From the NCBI GenBank assembly GCA_050084515.1, contig CM114271.1, positions 17,856,001 through 17,920,000 on the forward strand: 64,000 nucleotides of DNA. Direction: 5' to 3'. Position 1 is the stretch's first letter. Each line of letters starts with the position of its first letter. A program made the translations under genes and the position numbers. Positions 23,200 to 34,930 of this stretch are shown here, one piece after another. The notes below the pieces were generated by a model. The model saw only the letters and a program-made list of their open reading frames with translations, was not told where the DNA came from and made no database searches. The DNA is from Blasia pusilla (Eukaryota).

Positions 23200-25100
23200 G
23201 GCCTCTTCCCCAATGCTGGTCTGGTCCACATTGCTGATGGACCTTTTTTCACTAATGTAACAAGAATGTGCGCTTCTAGATCTATGGGCAGTTGAGGATG
23301 GTGCCCAGTCTTGGGAGCCTCCTTTCTCGTTGAAGCTGGAAGAAAGGTTAATGTTTTCAAGCACCGCTTTTAGTGGAGACCTCTGAAGTTTGTACTGGAA
23401 TAAGAAATCTCAAGTGTGCGTTTTGGAAGCCATAGCCATACCTTTGAGGGAGGTAAAGCCAGTGGATGCACACAACAGACGTTCCCTGGTCTCTTCTTTT
23501 TAAGTTGGAGCAAATATCTTGCTTGAACTTGAGGTAGACCAAGGCATCCTCTTTAGGGTACATTTTTGGATGTAAATCTTGTGGGTCCTTAAAGGGTAGA
23601 CGAACCCATACAATGGTGCCTCACATATCCTTACAACCATAGACTGCGTGCCCTGGTAGGTGGTGCCAATAACCAAGATTGCTGTAGGGGAAGAATTGAT
23701 ACAAGCATTCAATATATGAGATGAGTAAGACTCTCAGACAGGTGTAGTGCAGAACGCGGGGAGTTCGTGGTAAGCATGGTGGTATCATGCATAAGTGAAA
23801 TAGCGCATTCCTGAAGTATATCGTGTTATAGCCTGGCAACCATAGACCCTGTGTCATGTGTGGATGGTGAGAGTAAAGTGGGATGAATTGGGCTTGGTGG
23901 TAGAAGTCAAGATAGGAGTGAGACTCTTGTCCAGAGTGAGTCCAGAGCAGTAGAGTGGATCTCACAGGTTTCGAGCTCCTCATACCCCAATTGGCTTTAT
24001 TTTAACCATTAGCACAAAAGCCATCTCCTCTTAGCTTCCACAAGGCAGGCCCTCCAGGAAGGCTGTCTGACAATCGTGAGGACCTGTTTGAACCATGATT
24101 TCACCTGCTTCACTTGCTTCCTGAATCCACACAGCTCAAAAATTTATGTCATAACAGATGTAAGGAATGGACGGGAAACTTTGTCAGACTGATTACCTTC
24201 TGGTGACTCCTCTGTAGTCTCTTTGAGGTGGTACAGGTTCTCCACCACCCTCTACATTTTTCTTGCGAGTCCAGCCCTCCATGACCTATATAATGAACCC
24301 TAACATCATTCAATGTGATGGCATTTCTTGAGATTCAAGATTCCTTCTTCACCTTGACTACTATGTGGTGTCCATTGGATGTGATGGCATGGGCCCAATA
24401 TGCCCTGGGCATGCAGACACCTTTCTTTCTGGTTATTCTCATTGAGGGCAGGTCCTATTACTGAGCCCTAACAACACCTACTTCCAAACCACACTCAGTG
24501 GTTAGGTGGGTCTTATTATCTGCCTCTCTTGAAAGGGTAATGAAGCTAACACACCCTCTTCTATGGCTACAGATTCTTCATAAAGTTGTATCACCTGTGG
24601 TGGTTGGCTGATAACGAGGGTGGTAAAGTCGGCTTTCAGTGGGAGATAGGTGTGACAAGACTGCTCAAATGTGACAACTTTTATAGGTCGCCCCAAATTG
24701 TGGAGTACATGCCAAGTTAAACTTGATGGTCGTCTCCAGGTGTAAAGTTTCTCATTTTTACCAAATATTGGGTTTCATTGTGGGCTCACCACGCTTGGCT
24801 GATGAGCTTGGTTCACATTTGCAGATATAATTCTGCCTCCCATGGGCATGGTGATGGTTGGCTCTTGCTGTGGGTACCTTCATTTGAAAGAGTATCAGTT
24901 TCGCTCAAGTACCATGAGAGTACTGCTTAGGGAGACTATAGACTTGCTCTCTGCCCTTGGGAGACCCCTAGGACACCACTGGTTGAAAAAGTTGCCCTTG
25001 ATGTGGATGGCCAATCTGTCAAATGCTTGAATTGTGTCCATATTGTCCTATCTTGTTGGTCTATACGCAGAGAGTCTTCCATATGTGGAGCCCTAATTCA
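23200..25100 (-). mobile_element. Possible decayed L1-like LINE (ORF1 zinc knuckle and endonuclease traces)
   Basis: A knuckle-like C..H..GHI trace at about 24390-24420 and SYLDFY (SRLDRFY-like) at about 23900-23920; no intact ORF. Confidence 0.35.
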
Positions 25101-25180
25101 TTGTACTTCCTTCAACCTAAATTATGATTGGAGAGTGTCTCATCATTTTGAGATCACCTCTCCTTTGGACGCATGTCCTT

Positions 25181-25292
25181 TTTAGTTAATAGAATTGCTC
25201 GTTTGAGTCAATAGAATCATTCGAATTCAAGTGTATACTTACGATGGAGAGTTCAAAATTATACAATCATGCGCCGTACGGGGACCAACTAG
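25181..25292 (+). mobile_element. Helitron 3' terminus (non-autonomous remnant)
   Basis: Decayed GC hairpin (catgcgccgtacg) followed by CTAG|T at 25289-25293. The preceding 110 bp or so are homologous to 39818-39935. Confidence 0.7.
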
Positions 25293-27782
25293 TAGGTTCT
25301 CATGAGAATGGCTTGTGACAAAACTTATTGTTGTAGGAGTAAGGTGAACTTTTCCGCATGGCTACTATCAAAACACAATCTACAAAGATACGAGGGCTCA
25401 ATTTTAAACTTCTCATGGCACAACCAGTTACTTCACAAGTGTCAAAGAGTGTCATGATTTTACTTTCACACAAGAATACAAAATTGTCGCTCCATATCAT
25501 TTGCTCTTTCTTCAAAAGCCATAATTAAGTTGGTTTGTATACGTAATTAAGATGTAGCTTTTTGTTATTTAGTAATTTTTTTGTGTTCAATCATTTCATT
25601 TAAATAATATTTAATGGAACGGTATTTTTTTGGTTTTTTCATCATAACTTTGAACACGGGGATTGTGGAGTGTGGCAATTGTGTGTTGGTCTGCGTGAGT
25701 GAGGAAGACAAAATTGCTCCACCTTGGAGACTGTGTTGGGTTGTGATTTTGAGGATGGAGGATTGAATATTTTAACAAAGTCAATAATCTTTGAGTGCTA
25801 GGTGGAGATGGAGAGCCTTTTATAACATCTGGTTGTTGATGGTTCTCAAGAGTTTCCTATTCATATAACTAGTAAGGTACCGTGAGAATGTTTGAAAATA
25901 AAAGAGTGTTTGAGGAGCTTTTGTTAGTGAAGAGATTAATGATGATGCACACAATTTTTTTTCTGATTGTCAATAACACGTGAAACCTTTTTTTCTTATC
26001 CAATTACCATATGTCGGTAGGGCCTTAAAAAAGCATGTCAATAATAGTTTTTTAAATTATGTTTAAATTTTCAAATTTAAGTATAATCTCCACTTTTTTA
26101 AATCTTAAAAGAGTTAGAAAATTTCACGTTTAAATAACACCCATCTCCCCTAAATAATTTCACTCCTCTATAAAAGCTCAAACAATAACTATTCTTCCCC
26201 TTCCATTTTTCCCACCAATATAACATTCACTAACCAAAATCTTAACTAATCTTAATTAACGAAATGATTTTCCTTTTCCATTCAAATTCATTTTACTTTC
26301 CCAAAATATGACATGTGAATCAATACAATGATCCAAATGATCATGCTATTTATTTCAAATTTTAAATATGATTTCTATTTTCTGAAATCTTAGAAGAGTA
26401 ATAACATTTCACTATATTTAGTAATTACAATCCTCCATTCAGATCCCAATACAATAAGTAATTTTATCTTTCCATAAAATTTAAACAAAATCTACTCCTC
26501 TATTAAATTTTTATTTCCTTTTTCCCATCAAATATGAATTGAGGTAAAAATTGTAAAAATTTGGTTATTTATCATATTAATTATATTTTATTAATATTTA
26601 TAATCACCCATTATAATATTAGTTTAATTACTAATTGATTAATATATATTCCATTCAAGTCCCTATTCGTTTCCTTTATTCTCTTTCTACCCATATAAGG
26701 GGGCTAAGGCGTCAAAATTCAAGAGTGTTGCCTATTTTGTCTTATTGTCTTGCTATCTTGTCGTATTATACATATGTGGTCGCCAATTATTATATAGATT
26801 AAGCTACGTGTGGTGATTATGAATGTACAATGTTTTGAGGTAGTCGCTCTGAGTTGACCATGCTGCGATGCCTAATGTCGCAACGCGCCACTATTTCCTC
26901 ATTGTGCTACTTGTGGTCGCGTCCCATTGTCTTACTTTCGGAATTGCACCAACTTTAAAGAGTTGAGAGTGTTCAACAGTGAGAGAGATGTTGCATCACA
27001 TTATCGAGTGTTGTGTCATTATATTTGGAATTGTACCATGCCATTGTTGTAGCATCCTACCCGTTGTGACTGCACCATAGAGGAAGAGTTAGTTATGTAA
27101 GCACCAATGAGTAAGACTTGCTAACCACAAGAGAGGTTTAGATATTCCAAATGGGTGTCAACTTGCAACTACTAAGAAGCAACGTCGACAATGAGTTTCG
27201 GGTTATATTGTTCCTTATCTTGTATTTATTAGAGGTTTTCGGATGTTGGGAATGTTGGGGTATCAATCCTCATAGGAAGGATTTCTTGTACCGTTGATGA
27301 TTCTTATCATTAGGATTAAAGAATACCCCAAAAGAGTCTCAAAGAATAATAGATAGGATATTAGCAAGTTTGGATTTTGCTTTATGTTATATTGATAACA
27401 ATGTAATCTTATGTGCCAAGGTTAAGGAGCATGAGTGACATCTTGTGGAGATGCTTTGATGATTGTTGTTACATGAGCTAAAATAACATCCAAGAAAGTG
27501 TAGGTTCGTATTTGAATAGATTAAGATGATGGAGGTTATACAATATAGCCAAGTTGATGTAGTATTTAGTAAACAAAGGTAGGGGCTATTTCACTCATTT
27601 CACGCCCGCCAAATGTAAATTGAGTTTATGCATTCATGGGGTTGGAATTTTTTTATCAATGGAATGCCAAGGGATTGAGTACAATTTTGAAGCCTCTTAC
27701 CTTGTTGAAAAAAGTGGACCATGAGTGACAATGGGGGAATGAGTAGGAGACAAGATTTCAACTACTCAATGACCGATGGACC

Positions 27783-28425
27783 TGTCACGTCTTTTAGGAT
27801 AGATTGGTGAGATCTAATAAAGCGCCTTCATGAGTAGTGGAGGACACGCCCAGTAGGTCGAGGGTGACCTGCTGAGGCCCTTGGAAACCTGAGATAGCAG
27901 GTTTCCCCCTCGTTTCACCTCATTTGGAGCCATATTGAGGAACTTACTATTTTAGGTAAGTACCATTTTGAGTATATGATCGAATTATTATTTTTGGTAA
28001 GTGGCCCTTGACCTTTCTACATCAGGTCAAGAGCCAAGGAGGTGACTTGGGAGAATAGGTTACCATGGAGAGAGCTTGGGAGAGGGGAGGGGTATACCTC
28101 AAGGAGAGAGAGCTTGAGAGCTCATTCTCTCTTTGTTGAACCTCTTGGCATGAGGCGGCGGAGCTATGGTACCTTGTCTTGTGAGTGTAACCCAAGCCTT
28201 TCATTAGGAGAGTGGGTTTGGTTTGACATGAGAGAGAGTGCATACCTTTGAGAGCTATGGTGTGAGATGGTGGAGAGAGAGATTAGATCTTACTTTAATT
28301 GGAGATATTTTGGTACTTCTTGTCTCGTTGTTTGGATGCCATGAGTTAGCATGGGATCATGCGTGTTTGTGTGTGTGTTCGGAGACAGCGATGTATGTTG
28401 TGTAGCGATGTGTATGCGCACGACA
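27783..28425 (+). repeat. Solo LTR (TGTCACG...CACGACA) inserted in the RT-RNase H linker of the older gypsy
   Basis: TG...CA ends. The host reading frame (DRxT|SPPILRRPIRG) resumes across it, with an imperfect duplication gacc/tacc. Homologous to 29260-29672, 46406-46670 and 51430-51937. Confidence 0.85.
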
Positions 28426-29259
28426 TACCTCTCCACCTATCTTGAGGAGACCAATTAGGGGATTTCCCTTCCAATTGCACATTAATATATTGGATCATGT
28501 TGAGATTTTAAGCAATGCTCATCCAATAGGAGGATGAGGATAAAGAGTTTGTAGTGCCTTACGCTAGCCATTTGAACAATGTTCTAGAGACAAAATGCAA
28601 CTCATATGAAGGAGAATACTTGGTTGCAATATGGGCCATCATGCATTTTAGGTGTTATTTGTTTGGTCAAAACTTTATTCTCATCACCAATCATCAACCA
28701 TTGAATAGGTTGATGGAATTTGAAAGCTTACGTGAAAGCTTGCCGTGTGGGCTTTCTTGTTGTACAAGTATAATTTCTGAGTGAAATAGCGATTGGGAGA
28801 CTCTACCAAGGTGGACAAGTTTGTGTCCGTAGATATGTTCATGTTAGTGGACTTACATCTGTCTTATAGAAGAACTTGTCCATGTGGCCATCTTCCCTTT
28901 CTTTCTCATCCCACCCACTTGCCTTCGTGATCCACAGTTTTTCATTTCTTCCTCCTTCCACCTTCACTCTCTTTCCACTTATTGCCCCGTCCATCCTTGC
29001 CTTGCCTTGCCTTCCACCATGAACTATAAGTGTGGACCTCATCTTTTGCAATCCATGTCTACATGTGAACATGTCTAAGCTTGTCCGTCTATGTCTGTTC
29101 TAGCTAAGGACTGACTTGTCCATTTTGGTGCAACCATGAATGTGGAGATGGGTTAAGTTCTAACCAATGCCCAAGTTAGTGGATACAATTAGAGCTTGTT
29201 GGGATGATGAGAGTGATGGAAAGATGGTGCATGGATGACATGACTTTGATTATTTGTAG

Positions 29260-29672
29260 AGAGCCATATTACACATACAAGGCAAGGATTATAGCTCTGC
29301 CGCCTCATGCCAAGAAGTTCAACAAAGAGAGAATGAGCTCTCAAACTCCCTCTCTTTGGGTATACCCCCTTCCCTCTCCCAAGCTCTCTCCACAGTAATT
29401 TATGTTCGTAGGTCATCTCGTTGGCTCTTGGCCTAATGTAAGAGGTTAAGGGTCACTTCCCAAAATGGAAAATCAACTATACTCAAAACAAAAACTTATT
29501 GGAAATAGTATGTTTTTCTATATGGTTCTAAATGAGCCGAAACGAAGGGGAAACCTGCACTCTCAAGTCACCAACGGCCTCAGCAAGTCATCCTGGACCA
29601 CGAGAGGTTATCCTCCAGTATCCTCAAAGGCGCTCTATCATATCTTGTCCATCTATCCTAAAACACGTGACA
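29260..29672 (-). repeat. Partial LTR of the TGTCACG family, inverted
   Basis: The reverse complement begins tgtcacgtgttttaggatagat and aligns with 27783-28190. Confidence 0.85.
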
Positions 29673-30744
29673 TACGTGATCAATTACATGTTGAGATGTC
29701 ATGAATGGATATGGTATTTTGTATTTATGTCTTTGTATTTTGTGATAATGATGTATGTTTTATAGCGATATGTATGTCACGACAAAGGAGATTAGAAATA
29801 TTTCGGTGACTACTCGCCCGCATGATTGAATGTTTTGTGTGTTCGATTAATGACATTGATGTATATTTTGTTACGTTATCTATACGCCGAATAATTATTA
29901 TGTCTTTTGTAGTAGAAGGGGGAATATCTATACGGCACTTTAGGCTAATAAGTCAAGCATAACCTTCTACGGAGTTGGATAATCATGAAGGAAGGTCTTC
30001 ACATTATATTAATTAGTTTACGATTCGTGCAATGCACAGGAGTGAAAGAACTAATGATGCTGCACACAAATTCAAAACATTTTTTCGCTCGACTCATGCA
30101 AATAAAAAAACACTCACCAATCATAATATAAATCATGTTTCTAAATATATGACTAGAGAAAAAATAAATTCCGGCCAAAAGGCGCGGTATGGGAGGACTT
30201 TTCTCCCGGCAGCAATGAAAAGGGACCCGCCAGCGGCCGGGAACCAACCGGGAGTCCGAACCGGCGAGCGGGAAAGTCGATCTGCTGGGTAGCGTTACTC
30301 GCAGCCCCGGATCTATCCGATACCGACCCATGGTTAAATTCCCCGAACCGTGGTTAGAACCGCGGGTTCGGTGACTGGGAAACCCTAGGAAGGAGGAAGG
30401 AGAACGAACGAACGAACGAGGGAAAGGAGCAGATCAGAGCAGAGGGAAAGGAGGAAAGGTCGACGAGAGGAGCAGGAGGTGTTCGCGTGGGAGAATCGGT
30501 GCGCCAGCGCTGTAGGTGTGGGTGTGGGTGTGGGTAAATTGGACTCGGGGGAGCAATCGAAGCGGACAGAGTGCAGGTGCAGGTGTGGGCTTTTCTGCGT
30601 CCGTATCGCCGGTCCAGATTTGTGGAAGTGCAGGAGGAGTGAGGGTTTTACTGTCGTTGCTGCTGCTTCTGGTGTTGTTGTTGTTGTCGTCGTCGTCGTA
30701 GGAAGTGGGAGTTGGAGGGGCTGTGGCTGGAAGGTTTGGTAGAG

Positions 30745-32118
30745 ATGTCGCTTGAGAATCCTCAGCACCCGACTCCTTTTCCAACCCCGACGTCGCCTAG
30801 GACGAAGCGTTCTCTTCCGAAAGCGGCGCCTGCGCCTCCATCTGCTCCATCAACGTCCTACCTGGCGACCAGCGAGACGTTAGCGCAGGCGGTAGAAATC
30901 CAGGAGCAAAAGCCAGAGGAAGCAATTGCTATTTTGAGGGGAATTCTTCATGATCCTACCTCCACTGCTGAAGCATTGCGTGTGAAAGAACAATCGATCG
31001 CGACGCTGTCGGACTTGCTGTCTCAGCAGAAGAAAGGTGAGGAGCTTCGTGGTCTGCTGACGGATCTCCGGCCCTTCTTCTCATTCATTCCGAAAGCAAA
31101 AACAGCGAAAATTGTCAGAGGGATCATCGATGCCGTGGCCAAAATCCCCGGTACGTCCGATCTTCAGATCTCTCTGTGCAGGGAAATGGTGGAGTGGACG
31201 AGGGCTGAGAAGAGGACGTTTTTGAGGCAGAGAGTAGAGGCACGGCTTGCGTCGCTGCTCATGGAGAGCAAGGAGTACTCGGAAGCCCTCTCTTTGTTGA
31301 CCAATTTAGTCAGAGAGGTGCGAAGGCTAGATGACAAATTGCTGCTGGTGGATATTGACCTGTTGGAAAGTAAGCTTCACTTTTCTCTGAGAAACCTACC
31401 AAAGGCTAAAGCAGCTCTTACGGCAGCTCGAACTGCTGCAAATGCCATTTACGTCCCACCGGCGCAGCAGGGAACGATCGACCTCCAGAGTGGAATACTT
31501 CACGCAGAGGAAAAGGATTACAAGACCGCTTTCAGCTACTTCTTTGAGGCCTTTGAAGCCTTCAATGCCTTGGACGACCCTCGTGCAGTTTTTAGTCTGA
31601 AGTACATGCTTCTTTGCAAGATTATGACTAATTCGGCCGAGGATGTCGGTGGACTCATTTCTTCCAAAGCTGGCTTGAAATATACTGGAGTGGAGCTTGA
31701 CGCCATGAAAGCTGTAGCAGAGGCCTATGGGAAGCGGTCTTTGAAAGATTTCGAGGAGGCTCTTCATACTTACAGAGAGCAATTAGAAGAGGATCCAATT
31801 GTGCACCGTCATCTGTCAGCTCTTTACGATACCCTTCTTGAGCAGAATTTATGTCGTCTTATCGAGCCATTTTCTCGGGTTGAGATCTCGCATATCTCAG
31901 AACTGATCGGACTTCCAATCGACGCCGTGGAGAAGAAGCTGTCTCAAATGATTTTGGACAAGAAATTTGCTGGAACTCTGGATCAAGGAGCAGGATGTCT
32001 TATCATATTTGACGATGTGAAGCCGGATGGAATTTATCCTGCAACCCTAGACACCATCAGTAACATCAGCAAGGTAGTGGATAGTTTGTACTTGAAATCA
32101 GCTAAAATCATGGCATAG
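30745..32118 (+). CDS. RPN6: 26S proteasome non-ATPase regulatory subunit RPN6/PSMD11 (PCI domain), single coding exon
   Basis: Intact ORF with hallmark segments IPKAKTAKIVR, EKRTFLRQR, DDKLLLVDIDLLESK, ARTAANAIY, DYKTAFSYFFEAFE, LLEQNLCRLIEPFS and KLSQMILDKKFAGTLDQG. First ATG at 30745. Confidence 0.97.
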   Translation: MSLENPQHPTPFPTPTSPRTKRSLPKAAPAPPSAPSTSYLATSETLAQAVEIQEQKPEEAIAILRGILHDPTSTAEALRVKEQSIATLSDLLSQQKKGEELRGLLTDLRPFFSFIPKAKTAKIVRGIIDAVAKIPGTSDLQISLCREMVEWTRAEKRTFLRQRVEARLASLLMESKEYSEALSLLTNLVREVRRLDDKLLLVDIDLLESKLHFSLRNLPKAKAALTAARTAANAIYVPPAQQGTIDLQSGILHAEEKDYKTAFSYFFEAFEAFNALDDPRAVFSLKYMLLCKIMTNSAEDVGGLISSKAGLKYTGVELDAMKAVAEAYGKRSLKDFEEALHTYREQLEEDPIVHRHLSALYDTLLEQNLCRLIEPFSRVEISHISELIGLPIDAVEKKLSQMILDKKFAGTLDQGAGCLIIFDDVKPDGIYPATLDTISNISKVVDSLYLKSAKIMA

Positions 32119-33309
32119 GAAAATGTAAGAGTTAGTGACTTTGTACTGCACATCGCTGCTGTCAGCCACACGGTGGGTTTTTCGACTTGTTAATAACATC
32201 ACAGCGGTCTCTGGACCTGTTCGAAGATAACTCCGTCGAAGCAATTGGATGCTAATACTGGAAGAGGAAAGCAAGCGCAAAATTGAGCAGCCGGTAATGT
32301 GATGGATATTCGTTTTGGAGAATTCAATAGGGTGATTTATTGTACTGCTTGCCTTCAAAAGTTTGTACGTCGGTGCCAAGCAGTTGAAAACTTACGAGTC
32401 ATCGCATTCGCAAAGTTGGTGGGGAGGAAGCTTACAAGGTGTCTTATTGATTGTCTTGGCAAGCCTCAATTATCGATTCATGATGTTGTAATTGACTTCA
32501 TAAGGACGTGGACCATTCCTCCAGGTACATGCTTGTTTTAGATCGTACTTACCTGGACCAGTTATGATGATGAATATAGACTAGGGAACAGTTTTTCATT
32601 TCCGATTAGTGTGAACGGTACATGTTATTCTCAGTCGTACGAGAACCCAATTCAGCCAAGCACACTGATATTTCTGTAGGCAGTCTGTGCAAATACTTTC
32701 TTCTAAAGAAGTTGACTCCGGACATTCAAGCAATTCTTTTCCAACTCGTGTTATGTAGGCAGACCTGTGCATTTCAGCTCAGGTTTGCCTTCAGAGAATA
32801 ATGGCTTACAGATTTTGAGTAATTGCCAAATTCAACATTGGCCATGTGATGGTCGCGCTACTATATTACCTTCACTTTTCTGCAAACTTAACAGTGAGAA
32901 GGTCTGGTCTACCTTGTACTGAAGCTAACCCATGGAGTATGCTGATAAGATGGCGAATGGTTGGCACATTACATCATCTTGTCTAATGTGATTTGATCGG
33001 GGGCCCTTAGTTGGCATTCTTTGGCACAGAGCTTCAATTCCTGCAGTTCGTGTATCAAATTTAGTTTATGACCATTGTTTTGAATAGTTTGGGATTCCTG
33101 GACGAGTGAATGCAAATAACTTGCTGTCTTTAGGTCTTTCATGGATTGGTTTGGGGTGTAGTCTAATTTGAGAGACGGTCAGTACACAATAAGGATGCTC
33201 AGAAGCTTGTAATATTGGGGCCTTGCAAAATTTGACGGTTTGATCAGTTTGAGAGTTGTTGGGCTGTCAAGACTTTGAAATCAATGAGAAACCGTGCCGG
33301 CAGAAGCCA

Positions 33310-33441
33310 GATAAGATAATGGACCTCTCAGAACACTGATCACTGAAGAGTTGGTTCATGATAGTGGTTCTTTGGGATAAGATAATGGACCTCTCAGGAC
33401 ACTGATCATTGAAGAGTAGGTTCTTGGTAGTGGTTCTTTGA
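33310..33441 (+). repeat. 66-bp tandem duplication (2 copies)
   Basis: gataagataatggacctctcag...gtggttctttg repeated at 33310 and 33376 with a few substitutions. Confidence 0.9.
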
Positions 33442-34930
33442 GATCTTCAATTCAAACCAGCAGAGGCCCGCAGTATCTCATTTTATACATGAGGCCTTTT
33501 CAACGACTGCAAAATTGTGTGGTGTAAGTTGGCTCCGAGTCTTCTAGCCCAGAAACCTGGAACTCGTGATAACGTCCTGATTGTTTGGACTATGCGATAA
33601 TCACTTGCCTTTTCTGACTCATCGTTGTAACTCTGGCGACCACACTAAATGTTAAGGGTTGGACAATTTCACATTAAGCCTGTCACTCCGCAAGGAAGTC
33701 AATCGTGCTTGTCATAAAAAGCAAGGAATATGCAAGGACTTCACAACTCAGGACGACGTCGCAGGACCAAGCAACAGCGATGCTAGTATGTTTCAGAATC
33801 CTTTTAAGTGACGTTGGTTTACTCAGCTTTTGCACGGTTAGTCCATTTCAGCAAGCCACTGCCAGGTCCAGTCTTGTGGGGTGAATATCCATCCTCATCG
33901 AGTAAAGTCCAGCCAATTCCCAGCTTCTCCTACTTGTCTGCTTGCACTGTTCCTCTCCGCCTCTTGGAATAACCAGAATCACTGGTTCCCTAAATCTCTA
34001 CAGTCTGTAGCAATGCACTCCGAGATGAATTTGAATTATCCCACTTAGCACTGCCCAACACGAGAGGATCTGGAGTAGGTGACCAGCATCTTACTTGAGC
34101 CATTTTTTCCTGTATCTACAAACACGAATGGGGTCCGTACAAGAGAAAGCTTCATATGCTACTACTCTGGAGACGTGAGAAAATATAGTGATTGTCTAGC
34201 ACTACCTGTTTTTGTTCTGGATTTTAGTCTCATATGTGGAGTGGCCCATTAAGTTAGATGATTCCTGCCTAACACTTTCAGGGCTCACCAGGTGTCCCTG
34301 GTTTTCCACAAAAAGCTCTGGGGAGAGGTCTCCACATGCATGAAAGTATCCTTGGAAATCCTTGCTGCACGGAATTCTGCCATTTGCACTCTGGGAATTC
34401 GAAGACCAGGTCTCAAGCGCTTGCAATTCATGTGGAGGACCGGTACCTTTGGAGCAGTTTGTCTTTGACAGGAGCAGACCGTGCACTTGAACATCTCTCG
34501 AAGCTGCACTTTACTGAGCACAATTGTGGAAACAGTGCGTTTCCATAAAACTTGGAGGGTTTCCTCCCATAGTCCTGTTGCTGAGGCAAGAATGTCAATC
34601 ATCACTTGCACAATTTCTAGCCAACGCCTTCAGGTTTCTCCTCCCTCTACAAGTGTTTGCTTGGCACTCAAGGGTTTAGGACCCTAAACCCTAAACTTCC
34701 CCACATGCAAGCATTTTGTTTGCTGGAATCATGTGCTTCTGGATTGTGATCCGATTCTGGGTTGTTCGGAAGATCCATGAGTATCAGATGGTGATGTTCA
34801 AGGTTAAGGATTAGCTTAGCTTCCTCTGTCTGATACCAAAGTCAAGAGACGGGGACATTTATCACCTCTAAAGATCGCCCAAGTGTTCTGTTTGGGGCTC
34901 CTTGAGCCAAAAGACTTTTCTCTTGAGGCA

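Larger units (their letters stand above)
26830..29784 (+). mobile_element. Older, deleted copy of the same gypsy family (5' leader, RT, RNase H, 3' end) with nested LTR insertions
   Basis: 26840-27190 is homologous to the reverse complement of 50160-50510. RT motifs LGLKNTPKESQRIIDRILASLDFALCYIDN and RNase H YASHLNN...NSYEGEYLVAIWAIMHFRCYLFG are present. Terminus ...tgtatgtcacgaca at 29784. Confidence 0.8.

Noticed and set aside
30712-30744. N-terminal extension of RPN6 in the ORF track
   Set aside because: Starts at TTG; the first ATG is at 30745.
31396-31782. 128-aa minus-strand ORF
   Set aside because: Antisense shadow of the RPN6 coding sequence.
33310-33441. Repeat considered as CRISPR-like or snoRNA cluster
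   Set aside because: Only two adjacent units with no spacers, in a eukaryotic context; best read as a simple tandem duplication.
34672-34696. Telomere-type gggtttagg/ccctaaaccctaaa
   Set aside because: Too short to be an interstitial telomere; such motifs are common in plant DNA.
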